From assembly GCA_040767195.1 (NCBI GenBank), contig JAXGPA010000003.1:259045-323044 (forward strand): DNA of 64,000 nucleotides, given 5' to 3'. The notes below the pieces were generated by a model, which saw only the letters and a program-made list of their open reading frames with translations, did no database searches and had not been told where the DNA came from. This DNA is from Syntrophales bacterium. Its GTDB lineage: Bacteria; Desulfobacterota; Syntrophia; Syntrophales; UBA6807. How positions within the stretch are numbered: the stretch's first letter is position 1; each line of letters begins with the position of its first letter. This document shows positions 42,193-51,841 of this stretch, one piece after another. A program made the position numbers and the translations under genes.

Positions 42193-42534
42193 CCCGACCT
42201 CCCGCGCGTGCCCTTTCGAATTTCAGCCGGCCCCTCCTTCAAGCCCTTCCCTCCGTGTTCAAGGGGGGGTTCGAGAAGAGTCGGAAAGGCCCGGACCCGA
42301 GGATGCCCGGACCCCGGGCCTCGGAAAAGCCCGGTCACCTTTTCCCGCTTTTCTCGCGGCTTCCGTCGGAAGTATAGAGAAAGGCCGACCGGCCTGTCAA
42401 CAGGACAATGATCCCCCCCAAGTGACGTGCATAAATTACGTTGACTCGGGCCCTCTTTTTTCTTAAACTCCCCCCTGTCACATCGGCAGAGGGGCTTTCA
42501 AAGGCAGTTTATAATAAAAAAGGAGGAAGGATCT

Positions 42535-44178
42535 ATGGCAGAAAAATCGTATCGACCCGGGGAAAGTTACCAGTATCCGCTTCTCATCAAGAAAATTCTG
42601 ATGACGCCGCTGGCCTATTCGCCGAACCAGGAAATCATCTACCGCGACAAGTTCCGGTACACTTACAGGGACTTCAACACCCGCATCCACAAGCTGGCGA
42701 ACGCCCTGGCGGGCCTCGGGGTCAAGGAAGGCGACACGGTCTGCGTCTTCGACTACGACAGCCACCGCTATCTCGAGTGCTTCTTCGCCGTCCCGATGAT
42801 GGGGGCGGTTCTCCACACGATGAACTGGCGGCTTTCGCCGGACCAGATTCTGTACACGATGAACCACGCCGAAGACGACATCGTCATCGTCAACTCCGAT
42901 TTCCTTCCCATCGTGGAAGAAATCTGGGACAAGCTGACGACGGTCAAAAAACTCGTGGTGATCTACGAAGACGGGAAGGTCGAGACGAAGCTCAAGGTGG
43001 ACGCTGTTTACGAGGACATGGTGAACGGGGCGGCGGACTTCTTCGAGTTTCGGGACCTCGACGAGAACACCCGGGCCACCACCTTCTACACGACGGGGAC
43101 CACCGGCCTTCCCAAGGGCGTTTTCTTCACCCACCGGCAGCTCGTCCTCCACGCCATGAGCGTGGCCATGATATTCTCGTCCTACGACTCTCCTGCCCGT
43201 TTCAGGTCCGGCGACGTCTACATGCCCATCACGCCCATGTTCCACGTTCACGCCTGGGGAATTCCCTACGTGGCCGTCCTTCTGGGGTGCAAGCAGGTCT
43301 ATCCCGGCAAGTACGAGCCGGAAATGCTGCTCAAGCTCATCCTCACGGAAAAGGTCACCTTCTCCCACTGCGTCCCGACCATCCTCCACATGCTCGTCTC
43401 GAGCCCCGTGGTGAAGAAGATCGATCTTAGCAACTGGAAAGTCGTCATCGGCGGTGCTTCTTTTTCGAAGGGGCTCGCCAAGGCGACCTGGGACCTGGGG
43501 ATCAAGGCCATCTCGGGCTACGGCATGTCGGAAACCTGCCCCGTCCTGACCATCGCCAACCTGAAGGAACACATGTTCGACTGGGACAACGACAAGATCA
43601 CCGATGAAATCATCAAGACGGGCCTCCCCATCCCCCTGGCGGACCTCCGAATCATGGGCCCCGACGGGAAATTCCTTCCCCACGACGGCGAGACGACGGG
43701 AGAGCTGGTGGCCCGGACCCCGTGGCTCACCGCGAGCTACTTCAAGGACGAGGAGCGCGCCAAGGACCTCTGGCGGGACGGCTGGCTCCACACGGGCGAC
43801 GTGGCCTACGTGGACACGGAAGGCTACTTCAAGATCACGGACCGGCTCAAGGACGTGATCAAGACGGGCGGCGAGTGGATTTCATCCCTCGAACTGGAAA
43901 ACCTGATCAGCCAGCACCCGGCCGTTTCGGAAGCGGCCGCCATCGGCGTCGCCGACGCCAAGTGGGGAGAGCGCCCGCTGATCGCGATCGTCTTGAAACC
44001 GGATTTCAAGGGCAAGGTCAGCGCCGACGAGATGAAGACCTTCATGATGAAATTCGTCGAGGAGGGAAGGCTCCCCAAGTACGGGCTTCCCGACCGGTTT
44101 GAATTCGTCGACGCCATCCCGAAAACCAGCGTCGGCAAGATCAACAAGATCGCGCTGAGAAGCCAGTTCGCCGGCTAG
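42535..44178 (+). CDS. Fatty acid/acyl-CoA ligase (AlkK/DmdB-like)
   Basis: YTTGTTGLPKG, PMFHVHAWG, GYGMSET, WLHTGD, DRLKDVIKTGGEWISS, PKTSVGK. Confidence 0.9.
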   Translation: MAEKSYRPGESYQYPLLIKKILMTPLAYSPNQEIIYRDKFRYTYRDFNTRIHKLANALAGLGVKEGDTVCVFDYDSHRYLECFFAVPMMGAVLHTMNWRLSPDQILYTMNHAEDDIVIVNSDFLPIVEEIWDKLTTVKKLVVIYEDGKVETKLKVDAVYEDMVNGAADFFEFRDLDENTRATTFYTTGTTGLPKGVFFTHRQLVLHAMSVAMIFSSYDSPARFRSGDVYMPITPMFHVHAWGIPYVAVLLGCKQVYPGKYEPEMLLKLILTEKVTFSHCVPTILHMLVSSPVVKKIDLSNWKVVIGGASFSKGLAKATWDLGIKAISGYGMSETCPVLTIANLKEHMFDWDNDKITDEIIKTGLPIPLADLRIMGPDGKFLPHDGETTGELVARTPWLTASYFKDEERAKDLWRDGWLHTGDVAYVDTEGYFKITDRLKDVIKTGGEWISSLELENLISQHPAVSEAAAIGVADAKWGERPLIAIVLKPDFKGKVSADEMKTFMMKFVEEGRLPKYGLPDRFEFVDAIPKTSVGKINKIALRSQFAG

Positions 44179-44202
44179 CCTCGCCAGGCAGCGGCATCAC
44201 AG

Positions 44203-44240
44203 GCGGCAAGCGGGCTCGAACCCGCTTGCCGCTTTTTTTT
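44203..44240 (+). terminator. Rho-independent terminator
   Basis: GCGGCAAGCGGG-CTCGAA-CCCGCTTGCCGC followed by T8. Confidence 0.85.
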
Positions 44241-44275
44241 ACCCGGTGAGCAAAGGAAAAACCGGACAGGCCGTC

Positions 44276-45142
44276 TCAATAATCCCGGACGACACGGAAC
44301 CCGCCGCCATTGAAACGGGCGTCGGGGGTGCCCCCGCTGCGAACCGCGGAACGGCAGCCGGACGCGCCGCTGCCCCAGCTGCCGCCGCGAAGGACGCGGA
44401 CCCTGCCGCGGCCGGGTCCCGCGGGGTCCGTCACAGCCGTGCCCGGATAGTCCCCGTACCAGTCGCGGCACCACTCGTACACGTTGCCATGCATGTCGTA
44501 AAGGCCCCACCGGTTGGGGTCCTTGAGCCCCACGGGGTGTGGCCCGCACCGGTCGCAGGACCGGGCCCGCCCGGACCACCGGGAACACCCGTAGCCACCC
44601 GCGTAGTCCACACAGCTGTTCCCGCCGTACCAGGCGACGGGTTCCAGGGCCGGGGCGTTCCGCCTTTCCAGGATTTCAAGAGGCCCGCTGTGAAGGGCTG
44701 TCTCCGTCCCCGCCCGGCAGGCGTACTCCCACTCCGCCTCCGTGGGAAGGCGGTACCGGTCCGTCTTCTCCATCCCGTTCAGTTTTTCGATGAAGGCGCG
44801 GCAGTCGTTCCACGACACTTTCTGGACAGGGCAGTCGTCGCCGCATTTCCTGAAATCCGACGGGCTGGGACCCATGACGGCCTTCCACTGACCGTTCGTC
44901 ACTTCCGTGGTCTGCATGTAAAAGGCCTTCGTCACCGTGACCCGGTGCCGTTTTTCGTCATCGCGCCTGCCCGGTTCCCCGGCGGGGCTCCCCATCATGA
45001 AGGACCCCGCGGGGACCATGACGAAAGCCATGCCGACGGAATTGACCAGGGACGGTTCGACAGCGCGGGACGGTCCCCCTGGAAAGAAAAGAAAAAACAG
45101 GAGGAATCCTGTCGGCGCCAGGAGAAGGATTCGTTTCACCAT
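44276..45142 (-). CDS. FGE-sulfatase (SUMF1) domain secreted protein
   Basis: FMMGS, EVTNGQW, YRLPTEAEWEYACRAG, PNRWGLYDMHGNVYEWC, RGGSW, GFRVV. Confidence 0.88.
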   Translation of the reverse strand: MVKRILLLAPTGFLLFFLFFPGGPSRAVEPSLVNSVGMAFVMVPAGSFMMGSPAGEPGRRDDEKRHRVTVTKAFYMQTTEVTNGQWKAVMGPSPSDFRKCGDDCPVQKVSWNDCRAFIEKLNGMEKTDRYRLPTEAEWEYACRAGTETALHSGPLEILERRNAPALEPVAWYGGNSCVDYAGGYGCSRWSGRARSCDRCGPHPVGLKDPNRWGLYDMHGNVYEWCRDWYGDYPGTAVTDPAGPGRGRVRVLRGGSWGSGASGCRSAVRSGGTPDARFNGGGFRVVRDY

Positions 45143-45271
45143 CGATCGCTCACGGAAAAGGGCACGGCCGCCCTGCCGGGTTTCGGTCGCGGCCCGGGAC
45201 GGGGAACGTTCTTCTCCTTCCCGAGGTCGGCCTTTTGATGTTTCGGAAACGGTCCATCGAACGGACCGGCC

Positions 45272-45964
45272 TCATTCCTTCAGCTTGATCTTGAGAACGC
45301 CCTCTTCCACCTTGACATTCGCCACCCCGTCGGAAAAGCCTTTCCAGAAACCCTGGTCGGTCCCGAATCTTTCGACGAGATCGATGTTCTTTATGCCCCC
45401 GAGCCAGGCATTGGGCACGGGAACACCCATGAAGGTGACGCCCTTGATAACGACGACGGGCCGCCCCTCCCGGTAGGTGAAGCCCACGCCCGACCTGAGA
45501 CGTAGCGTTTTGCCGCCGAACAGGGGGAAATCCTCGTCCACCGGAAGAATCAGTTTCGCGCTGATGAGGTCCTCCGACAGATCGATGGCCAGTTTCCTGG
45601 CAAGATCCGTGTTTTTCGCCAGAAGCGCGTTCAGTTCCCTTTCCGTGAAGGCGATCTCCCGTTTCAGGTCTTTTTCGCTGTATGGTTCCGGTTCGAGGGC
45701 GTCCTTCCCTTCCGGCCGGGTCGGTTCGGCCGTTTCGTCTCCGGGCACCGCCGCCTCCAGTTTTTCCAACTTGGCCGTGAGGACTTCCTCCTCCTGCCGG
45801 CTGAGCGTCACGGGCTTGAACTCGGACGGGAAAAAGTAAGCTTTGAAGGCCAGGATCGTCGCGCCCGCCGTGAGGATGACGGCGACAAGGACGATGCCGA
45901 AGACCTGCAGGCCGCTGAACCGCTTTCTTTCCGCCTTCGGGGCGGCGCCGTTGTCTTTTTCCAT
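45272..45964 (-). CDS. Hypothetical membrane-anchored protein
   Basis: Single N-terminal TM segment; ERELNALLA, GVPVPNAWLGGIKN; no function recognised. Confidence 0.65.
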   Translation of the reverse strand: MEKDNGAAPKAERKRFSGLQVFGIVLVAVILTAGATILAFKAYFFPSEFKPVTLSRQEEEVLTAKLEKLEAAVPGDETAEPTRPEGKDALEPEPYSEKDLKREIAFTERELNALLAKNTDLARKLAIDLSEDLISAKLILPVDEDFPLFGGKTLRLRSGVGFTYREGRPVVVIKGVTFMGVPVPNAWLGGIKNIDLVERFGTDQGFWKGFSDGVANVKVEEGVLKIKLKE

Positions 45965-46105
45965 GGGGTCGAGTCCTTCCTGTGTCGTTTCCCTTATATG
46001 ACATCAAGTAATTTGGGCCGCTTTCCCTGTCAAGACAAAAAAACAGGACTGCAGAGGATCCGCCGGTCGTCAGCGGGAAATCCCGCCGCGGTGCTTTGCA
46101 GCAGG

Positions 46106-47101
46106 TCAATATTTGACGGAAACGCTCATGGCCCCGAAATCGTCCCGTCCGTCCTGAGTTTTGAACTCCCGGGTGCGCAGGACGTGGGTGTAACTGAGGC
46201 GCACGGCGGGCCAGTCGAGGACGATGCCGAACTGCAGATCGCCGACCAGGGGCTCCTTGTCCACGCTGCGACTGTCCCGGAAGGTGTTGCCGTCGAGAAA
46301 AATGTTTCTGGCCACGGCCCGACCCTCGACACCGGCGAACAGGTACCACCTGAAAGAGGATGCGACGGAAAAATCCCCCGATCCGGGCATGCCGGGCTGG
46401 ATGCGCGGCGGCCCGAAATCATCGGGAAGATTTTTGCCGAAACGCATGGTCAGGCCGGCGTTCCCGTAAGTGAAGACATTGCCGACAGCCGCACCGACGT
46501 GGGGCGTGAAATCCAGGCGAAGCCCGGACCGGGCGGGCACGGCGCATACCCGCCAGCCCCGCTGCCAGGCCAGGACAAAACCCGGTTCGTTACCCAGCTG
46601 CGTGTCCCAGCCACGGGGCTCGTCCGAGCCGATGACCTCGTGGACGAATTTCTGACTCTCCTCGGCCAGCGAGGCCGGGCCCACGATGCCGACGCTCAGC
46701 GTGATCTGGTCGAGCTGCTTTCCCGATACCGCTGCCAATCCGATCGTCCCGTACAGCCACCCGGCATAGGGGCGTTCGTCCTCGGGGGGGTTCACCACGG
46801 TGATGTCCCCTGGCGTAAACATGCTCTGGCCGAGGGCGTAGCCGTGGCAAATCTCGCTCTCCTCGGGAAACCACGGCAAAAAACCGGCCAGTTTCACGGC
46901 CCATCCCGGTGCGGACACCTCCCGCCTGGGCACCCAGGAAAACCTGACACCGTTTGTATAGTGCCGGTCGATGTTATAAAACAGGTCGTTCTCCAGGACA
47001 AAGCTCACCGTCCCGGTTTTGGGCGCTTCCGCCGCCCGGGCCGGCAGCGCGCCGAAACAGGCGATCAAGAGCACTGAAACCATGGCGGTCCATCTTATCA
47101 C
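46106..47101 (-). CDS. Lipid A deacylase LpxR family outer-membrane protein
   Basis: ENDLF..DRHYTNG, GQSMFTP, RPYAGWLY, GWDTQL, RNIFLDGN, terminal aromatic residue. Confidence 0.82.
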   Translation of the reverse strand: MIRWTAMVSVLLIACFGALPARAAEAPKTGTVSFVLENDLFYNIDRHYTNGVRFSWVPRREVSAPGWAVKLAGFLPWFPEESEICHGYALGQSMFTPGDITVVNPPEDERPYAGWLYGTIGLAAVSGKQLDQITLSVGIVGPASLAEESQKFVHEVIGSDEPRGWDTQLGNEPGFVLAWQRGWRVCAVPARSGLRLDFTPHVGAAVGNVFTYGNAGLTMRFGKNLPDDFGPPRIQPGMPGSGDFSVASSFRWYLFAGVEGRAVARNIFLDGNTFRDSRSVDKEPLVGDLQFGIVLDWPAVRLSYTHVLRTREFKTQDGRDDFGAMSVSVKY

Positions 47102-47157
47102 GGGAACACCACCGCCTGTTCGAGGGGCTCTGAATCGAGTCGCCTTTCAACGGCCGG

Positions 47158-48801
47158 CTAAAACTTGAAATTACCGAAATTGGACGCCTTCACCGGCTGC
47201 AGGAGCGACACCTCGAAAGCCAGGGCCAAGGCGTCCCGGCAGTCTTTCAGGGGCAGCGTCCCGTCATTGAAAAGCCTCGATTCCATGTAGAAAGGGTGCG
47301 CCTCCCGGTTGTATTTGTCAATCATCATCTGCCGGAACCTGGCCGCCGCCTCCTCGTCCATCTCCTCGCCCCGCTTTTTCCGGTTGACCCGTTCCAGGCT
47401 CGTGAGGATAAAGCCCGCCGTGTCGCCGGACATGACGGACGTCCGCGCCCGCATGGTGGCGAAGATGAACAGGGGGTCGAAGGTCCGGCCGCACATGCCG
47501 AAATTGGCGGCGCCGTGGTCGGGGCCGATAACCCACTGGATCCGGGGGACCTCCGCGCAGGCGCAGGCCCTGACCATGCCGGAGCCGTACTTGCCGATTC
47601 CCGCGTACTCCTCGGCGGTGCCCACCATGTAGCCCGGGGAGTTCTGAATGTAGAGGATGGGGATCTTCATGGTGCAGCAGCGGACCACCCACTCGATGGC
47701 CTTCCGGGCCGAGTCGACGAAGATGACGCCGTTGTTGTTGCTGGCGATGACCCCCACGGGGATTCCCTTGAGGAAGATCTTGCCGCAGACGATGTTGTCG
47801 CCCCGGCCGGGGTTGTAGTTGCGCTTGTACTCGCTGAAATAGCTGTCGTCGGCGATGGCGGCGAGGACTTCCCGGACATTGATCCCCTTGGAGACCTCCT
47901 TCGGCAGGACCCGGTAAAGATGATCGGCGGGGACTTTCGGGTCGGCGGGCGGCCGCCGGTCCACGTGGAGGGTCTGCTTCGGGTCGAAAGACAGGAGTTC
48001 CCGCAGTTTATCGATGCCCTCGTCCTGGGACCTGACGAAATGGTCGGCCCCCCCGGAAATGTGGGTGTGAACCCGGGCGCCCCCGAGGTCTTCCATGGAG
48101 ACCGTTTCCCCGATGGCCGACTTCACCATGGGCGGCCCCCCGAGAAAGGAATAGGACATCCCCTCGATCATGATGGACTCGCAGGCCAGGTAGACGATGT
48201 AGGCGCCGCCGGCCGTGTTGCCGCCGGTGCTCAAGGTGTACTGCTTGAGGCCCCGGGCGGACATGCGGGTCATGTTGTAGAAGAAATGGCCGAACTGGTT
48301 CCGGCCCGGGAAGATCCGGTCCTGGAGAGGAAGGTACGCCCCCGCCGAATCGGCGATGTACACGAAGTTGAGGCCGCACTTTTCGGCGACCTCCTGGGCC
48401 CGGAGATGCTTCTTGCAGCTGATGGGATAATAGGCCCCGGCGGTCACCCGGCTGTCGTTGGCCAGTATCATGACCCAGTTGCCGTGAATCTTCCCGATCC
48501 CCGTCACGAGGCCCGCCGAGGGGACGTCCTCCACCCCCTCGTAACCGATGCCGAACCCCGCCCCCCGGCTCAGTTCGAAAAACGCCGTCCCCGGGTCGAT
48601 GAGCTGCCCGATGAGCTGCCTGGGAGGTTTCTTGCCCTGCTTGGCCAGGCGCTGATTCTGCGCGTCCCCCCCGGGATTGTACGCCTTCTCCCAGAGGTCG
48701 TAAATTTTCCGCTCCTCCTCCAGCCAGTGCAGCCGGTTCTCCTGCTGCTCCGCCTCTTTCTTCTGTGCCCTGGACACTTTTTTACCGCCTTGATCGGCCA
48801 T
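47158..48801 (-). CDS. Acyl-CoA carboxyltransferase (3-methylcrotonyl-CoA carboxylase beta-like)
   Basis: ANDSRVTAGAYYP, KKHLRAQE, DSAGAYLP, TAGGAY, FLGGPP, LGGARVH, HGAANFGMCGR. Confidence 0.82.
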   Translation of the reverse strand: MADQGGKKVSRAQKKEAEQQENRLHWLEEERKIYDLWEKAYNPGGDAQNQRLAKQGKKPPRQLIGQLIDPGTAFFELSRGAGFGIGYEGVEDVPSAGLVTGIGKIHGNWVMILANDSRVTAGAYYPISCKKHLRAQEVAEKCGLNFVYIADSAGAYLPLQDRIFPGRNQFGHFFYNMTRMSARGLKQYTLSTGGNTAGGAYIVYLACESIMIEGMSYSFLGGPPMVKSAIGETVSMEDLGGARVHTHISGGADHFVRSQDEGIDKLRELLSFDPKQTLHVDRRPPADPKVPADHLYRVLPKEVSKGINVREVLAAIADDSYFSEYKRNYNPGRGDNIVCGKIFLKGIPVGVIASNNNGVIFVDSARKAIEWVVRCCTMKIPILYIQNSPGYMVGTAEEYAGIGKYGSGMVRACACAEVPRIQWVIGPDHGAANFGMCGRTFDPLFIFATMRARTSVMSGDTAGFILTSLERVNRKKRGEEMDEEAAARFRQMMIDKYNREAHPFYMESRLFNDGTLPLKDCRDALALAFEVSLLQPVKASNFGNFKF

Positions 48802-48870
48802 GAATCGCTCTCCTTTCCATCTTCTTCCAAGCCGCGGGGGCGCAGCGTCGTCTTGATCCGCCCGCCGGGA

Positions 48871-49335
48871 TTACCGTGGTTTTTTACCGCAGAACAGTTT
48901 CATCACGAAGGAAATCACCGTTTCCCCTTTCTGGTTCACGATCTCGTTGCGGACGGTGAGAATTCCCTTTTCCTCACCCTTGTGGGTGATTCCGACGACC
49001 TCCACGACGCAGTGGATGGTGTCGCCGATCCGGGTGGGCGCCGTGAAGCGCACGTCCTCCATCCCGTAAAAGGCGATGAAGGATTTCGGCAGGTAGCTTG
49101 AATACGGTCCCAGCCGGAAAGGCAGGGACAACCCGATGCTGAGAGTCAGCATCCCGTGGGCGATGCGGCCCCGGAAAGGTGTCCCGGCCGCGTATTCGGC
49201 GTCCGTGTGAAGGGGGTGCCAATCGCCGGTGATGCCGGCAAAGGCGATGATGTCCGCCTCCGTGACGGTCCTGGCCGGTGAAACCATCTTTTCGCCCAGG
49301 ACGTAATCATCGAGATACAGGTATTCTTTCGACAT
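48871..49335 (-). CDS. MaoC-like acyl-CoA dehydratase
   Basis: RTVTEADI, GDWHPLHTD, RIAHG, FTAPTRIGDTI. Confidence 0.88.
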   Translation of the reverse strand: MSKEYLYLDDYVLGEKMVSPARTVTEADIIAFAGITGDWHPLHTDAEYAAGTPFRGRIAHGMLTLSIGLSLPFRLGPYSSYLPKSFIAFYGMEDVRFTAPTRIGDTIHCVVEVVGITHKGEEKGILTVRNEIVNQKGETVISFVMKLFCGKKPR

Positions 49336-49502
49336 GGGTTCCTCCTTTTTTCAGGGGCCTGCCTGTTCCTCTTCCGTCTCCAGCGGGCCCGCCGAAAGGG
49401 ATCGATGCTTCTCTCCCTTAACGTGGAAAAAGAAACCTGTCTGTCGGGTAACCTTGACAACTCACGAGGGGAAAACTGGAAAAGAGGAAAGGCGGCCCGC
49501 TT

Positions 49503-50150
49503 TCACTCGAGGGATGTGAGCCCCTGCTGGATGGCGAACTTGATGAGACCGGGAACATCCCCGATGTTCAGTTTTTTCATCAGGCGGCTCCGGTAGGTGT
49601 CCACGGTCTTGACGGAGAGATAGAGGGTCCCGGCGATCTCCGCGCTTGTCCGGCCCTCCACGACCAGTTGCAGGACCTCCCGTTCCCGGCGGCTGAGGGC
49701 GGCCAGGGGATCCCTGAAAGCCTCTTCCTGTTTCAGGCAGGCGCTGACGACCTCGTCGGAAACCTTGGCGCTCAGGTAGCGATGTCCCGCGTGAACGGCA
49801 TGAATGGCCTGGACGAGCTCGCGACCCGCCGACTCCTTGAACAGGTAACCCCGCGCCCCCGCCCGGAGGGCCCTCAGGATGGACTCGGACGAGGACTGCA
49901 TGGACAGGATGACGACCCGCGTTGCCGGGCATTCCTGGCAGATCCGGTCCGTGGCCTCGATCCCGTTCAGGTCCGCCATGAGGATGTCCATGACCACCAC
50001 GTCGGGCCGAAGTTTCTTGACGGCCCTGACGGCGTCCCGGCCGTTCCCGGCCTCCCCGACGACCTTGATGCCGCCGTGAGCCTCCAGCAGGTAACGCAGG
50101 CCGTCGCGGACGATCGTGTGATCGTCGGCCAGAAAGACGGATATGGTCAT
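49503..50150 (-). CDS. NarL/LuxR-family response regulator
   Basis: LADDH, VVMDI, LSRREREVL, LSVKTVDTYR HTH. Confidence 0.92.
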   Translation of the reverse strand: MTISVFLADDHTIVRDGLRYLLEAHGGIKVVGEAGNGRDAVRAVKKLRPDVVVMDILMADLNGIEATDRICQECPATRVVILSMQSSSESILRALRAGARGYLFKESAGRELVQAIHAVHAGHRYLSAKVSDEVVSACLKQEEAFRDPLAALSRREREVLQLVVEGRTSAEIAGTLYLSVKTVDTYRSRLMKKLNIGDVPGLIKFAIQQGLTSLE

Positions 50151-51337
50151 AACGGAACCTCGACGGTCACCCGTGTCCCCTGTCCGATCTCCGATTCGAC
50201 GAGGAAACGACCGCCGATCGTTTCGGCGCGCTCGGCCATGGTCACGAGCCCCCAGCCCCCCCGCTCTTCCATCCTTCGCACCCGGGACGGGTCGAACCCG
50301 ATGCCGTCGTCGGCAATGACGAGACGGAGCATGCCGCCGTCCGCGCCGATCCGGATCCTTGCCGAGCGGGCCCGGGCATGCTTGCCGATGTTGGCCAGGA
50401 CTTCCTGGACGATCCGATACAGGTTGTTTTCGATGTCCGGGGTCGGCCGGGGACGGATTTCCTCGCCCTCGACAACAACATTCACGCCGGTCCTCGAGGA
50501 AAAGCGCTCGCCGTACCAGCCGATGGACGCGACCAGTCCCAGGAGGTCCATGTCCGGCGGCCGTAAATCGCCCATGAGGCCGCGGGTGAACTCGGTGATC
50601 TCCTCGACGAGGACCATCGAGTCCTCAAGCCGCGTCCGCAGTACCTCCGCCTCCCCGGCGGGAATCCCGGATTTCACGATGCTCAAGTTGATTCCCACCA
50701 CCGTGAGGCTCTGCCCGACCCGGTCATGGAGTTCCCGGGCGATTCGCTTTCTTTCCGACTCCTCCGCCTCGGTCAGTCTCGCGGAAAGGACCCGGAGCTG
50801 CCGGCTCTGCTCCTTCAGGGTCTCCTCCGCCCGTCTCCTCTCGGTGATGTCGCGGCCGATGCCGAATCGGCCCGCGGCCCGGCCCGCGTCGTCGTACCGG
50901 GTCGTCACCAGGAATTCAACGGGAACCCGCTCGCCGTTTTTGTGGAAAAGGTCCGCCTCGTAGGGCGGGGTGTTTTCCCCCTTGATGCCCTTCCTGAACC
51001 GGAGAATCGTGGCCTCGACATGTTCCGGGGCGACAAGGAAGGTGAAGGGCCGGCCGACGAGGTCCCTGGCCGAATATCCCGTAACGCGCTCGAACTGCGG
51101 GTTGACGTACGTGTAGACGCCTTTGTCATTGACGATGAAAATGAGGTCCCCTGTGGATTCCACGAGGTCACGGTATTTCTGTTCGCTTTCCCGGCGGGCC
51201 GCTTCCGCCTTCCGGCGCTTTCCGTCCACCTGCTCGAGGCGGGCGACCCTGCGGCGAAGCGAGACGAGCTCATCCAGGAGCCTCTGCCTGCTCTTCTCCC
51301 CGTCGTTTTCCGTTTTTCCGTTGACCCGTTGTTTCAT
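50147..51337 (-). CDS. Cytoplasmic PAS sensor histidine kinase (HisKA_3)
   Basis: PAS domain, ERKRIARELHD, QEVLANIGKHA, DDGIGF, GLVTMAERA; start position uncertain. Confidence 0.88.
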   Translation of the reverse strand: MKQRVNGKTENDGEKSRQRLLDELVSLRRRVARLEQVDGKRRKAEAARRESEQKYRDLVESTGDLIFIVNDKGVYTYVNPQFERVTGYSARDLVGRPFTFLVAPEHVEATILRFRKGIKGENTPPYEADLFHKNGERVPVEFLVTTRYDDAGRAAGRFGIGRDITERRRAEETLKEQSRQLRVLSARLTEAEESERKRIARELHDRVGQSLTVVGINLSIVKSGIPAGEAEVLRTRLEDSMVLVEEITEFTRGLMGDLRPPDMDLLGLVASIGWYGERFSSRTGVNVVVEGEEIRPRPTPDIENNLYRIVQEVLANIGKHARARSARIRIGADGGMLRLVIADDGIGFDPSRVRRMEERGGWGLVTMAERAETIGGRFLVESEIGQGTRVTVEVPL

Positions 51338-51841
51338 TTCCCGTGGACAATCATGCCGAAGCTTTTTACAGCCGGGGCGCCTCGCCGCCACCCGGGCCCG
51401 AGAGTCAAAGGCCCCGGTCGCCCCCGTCGGCCTCCCCAGCCTCCATCACCCATATCACAACCGGCGAGGAAAGGAACATTCCTTATTCCCGTCTAAGAGC
51501 TTTTTACTCGGTTCATTCAACTTTTCAGCGTCTTCCGGAACACGGCCGTCATGTGACCGGCGGAGACGGCTTCCCCGAGGGCGCGGAGCCCCGGGACGCC
51601 TGGCAAGATGGTATGAGGGCAATATAACGTTCCGGCATCCCCTCGTCACGGTTTTCTTTCGCCAAGATTCTCTTGACGCGGAAATTTCCCTTTCATAGAA
51701 TTCCGTTGCGGCAAAGCAAGGATGTCCCGATTCCGGCCGCGGACAAAGACAGGGCACACCCGGTTCAAGGAAGGTTTTCCCATTAAGCCCGGGAAGAACT
51801 TGTTTTTCTGAAAATAAAACAGGAAAGGTCTATCGGAAACC

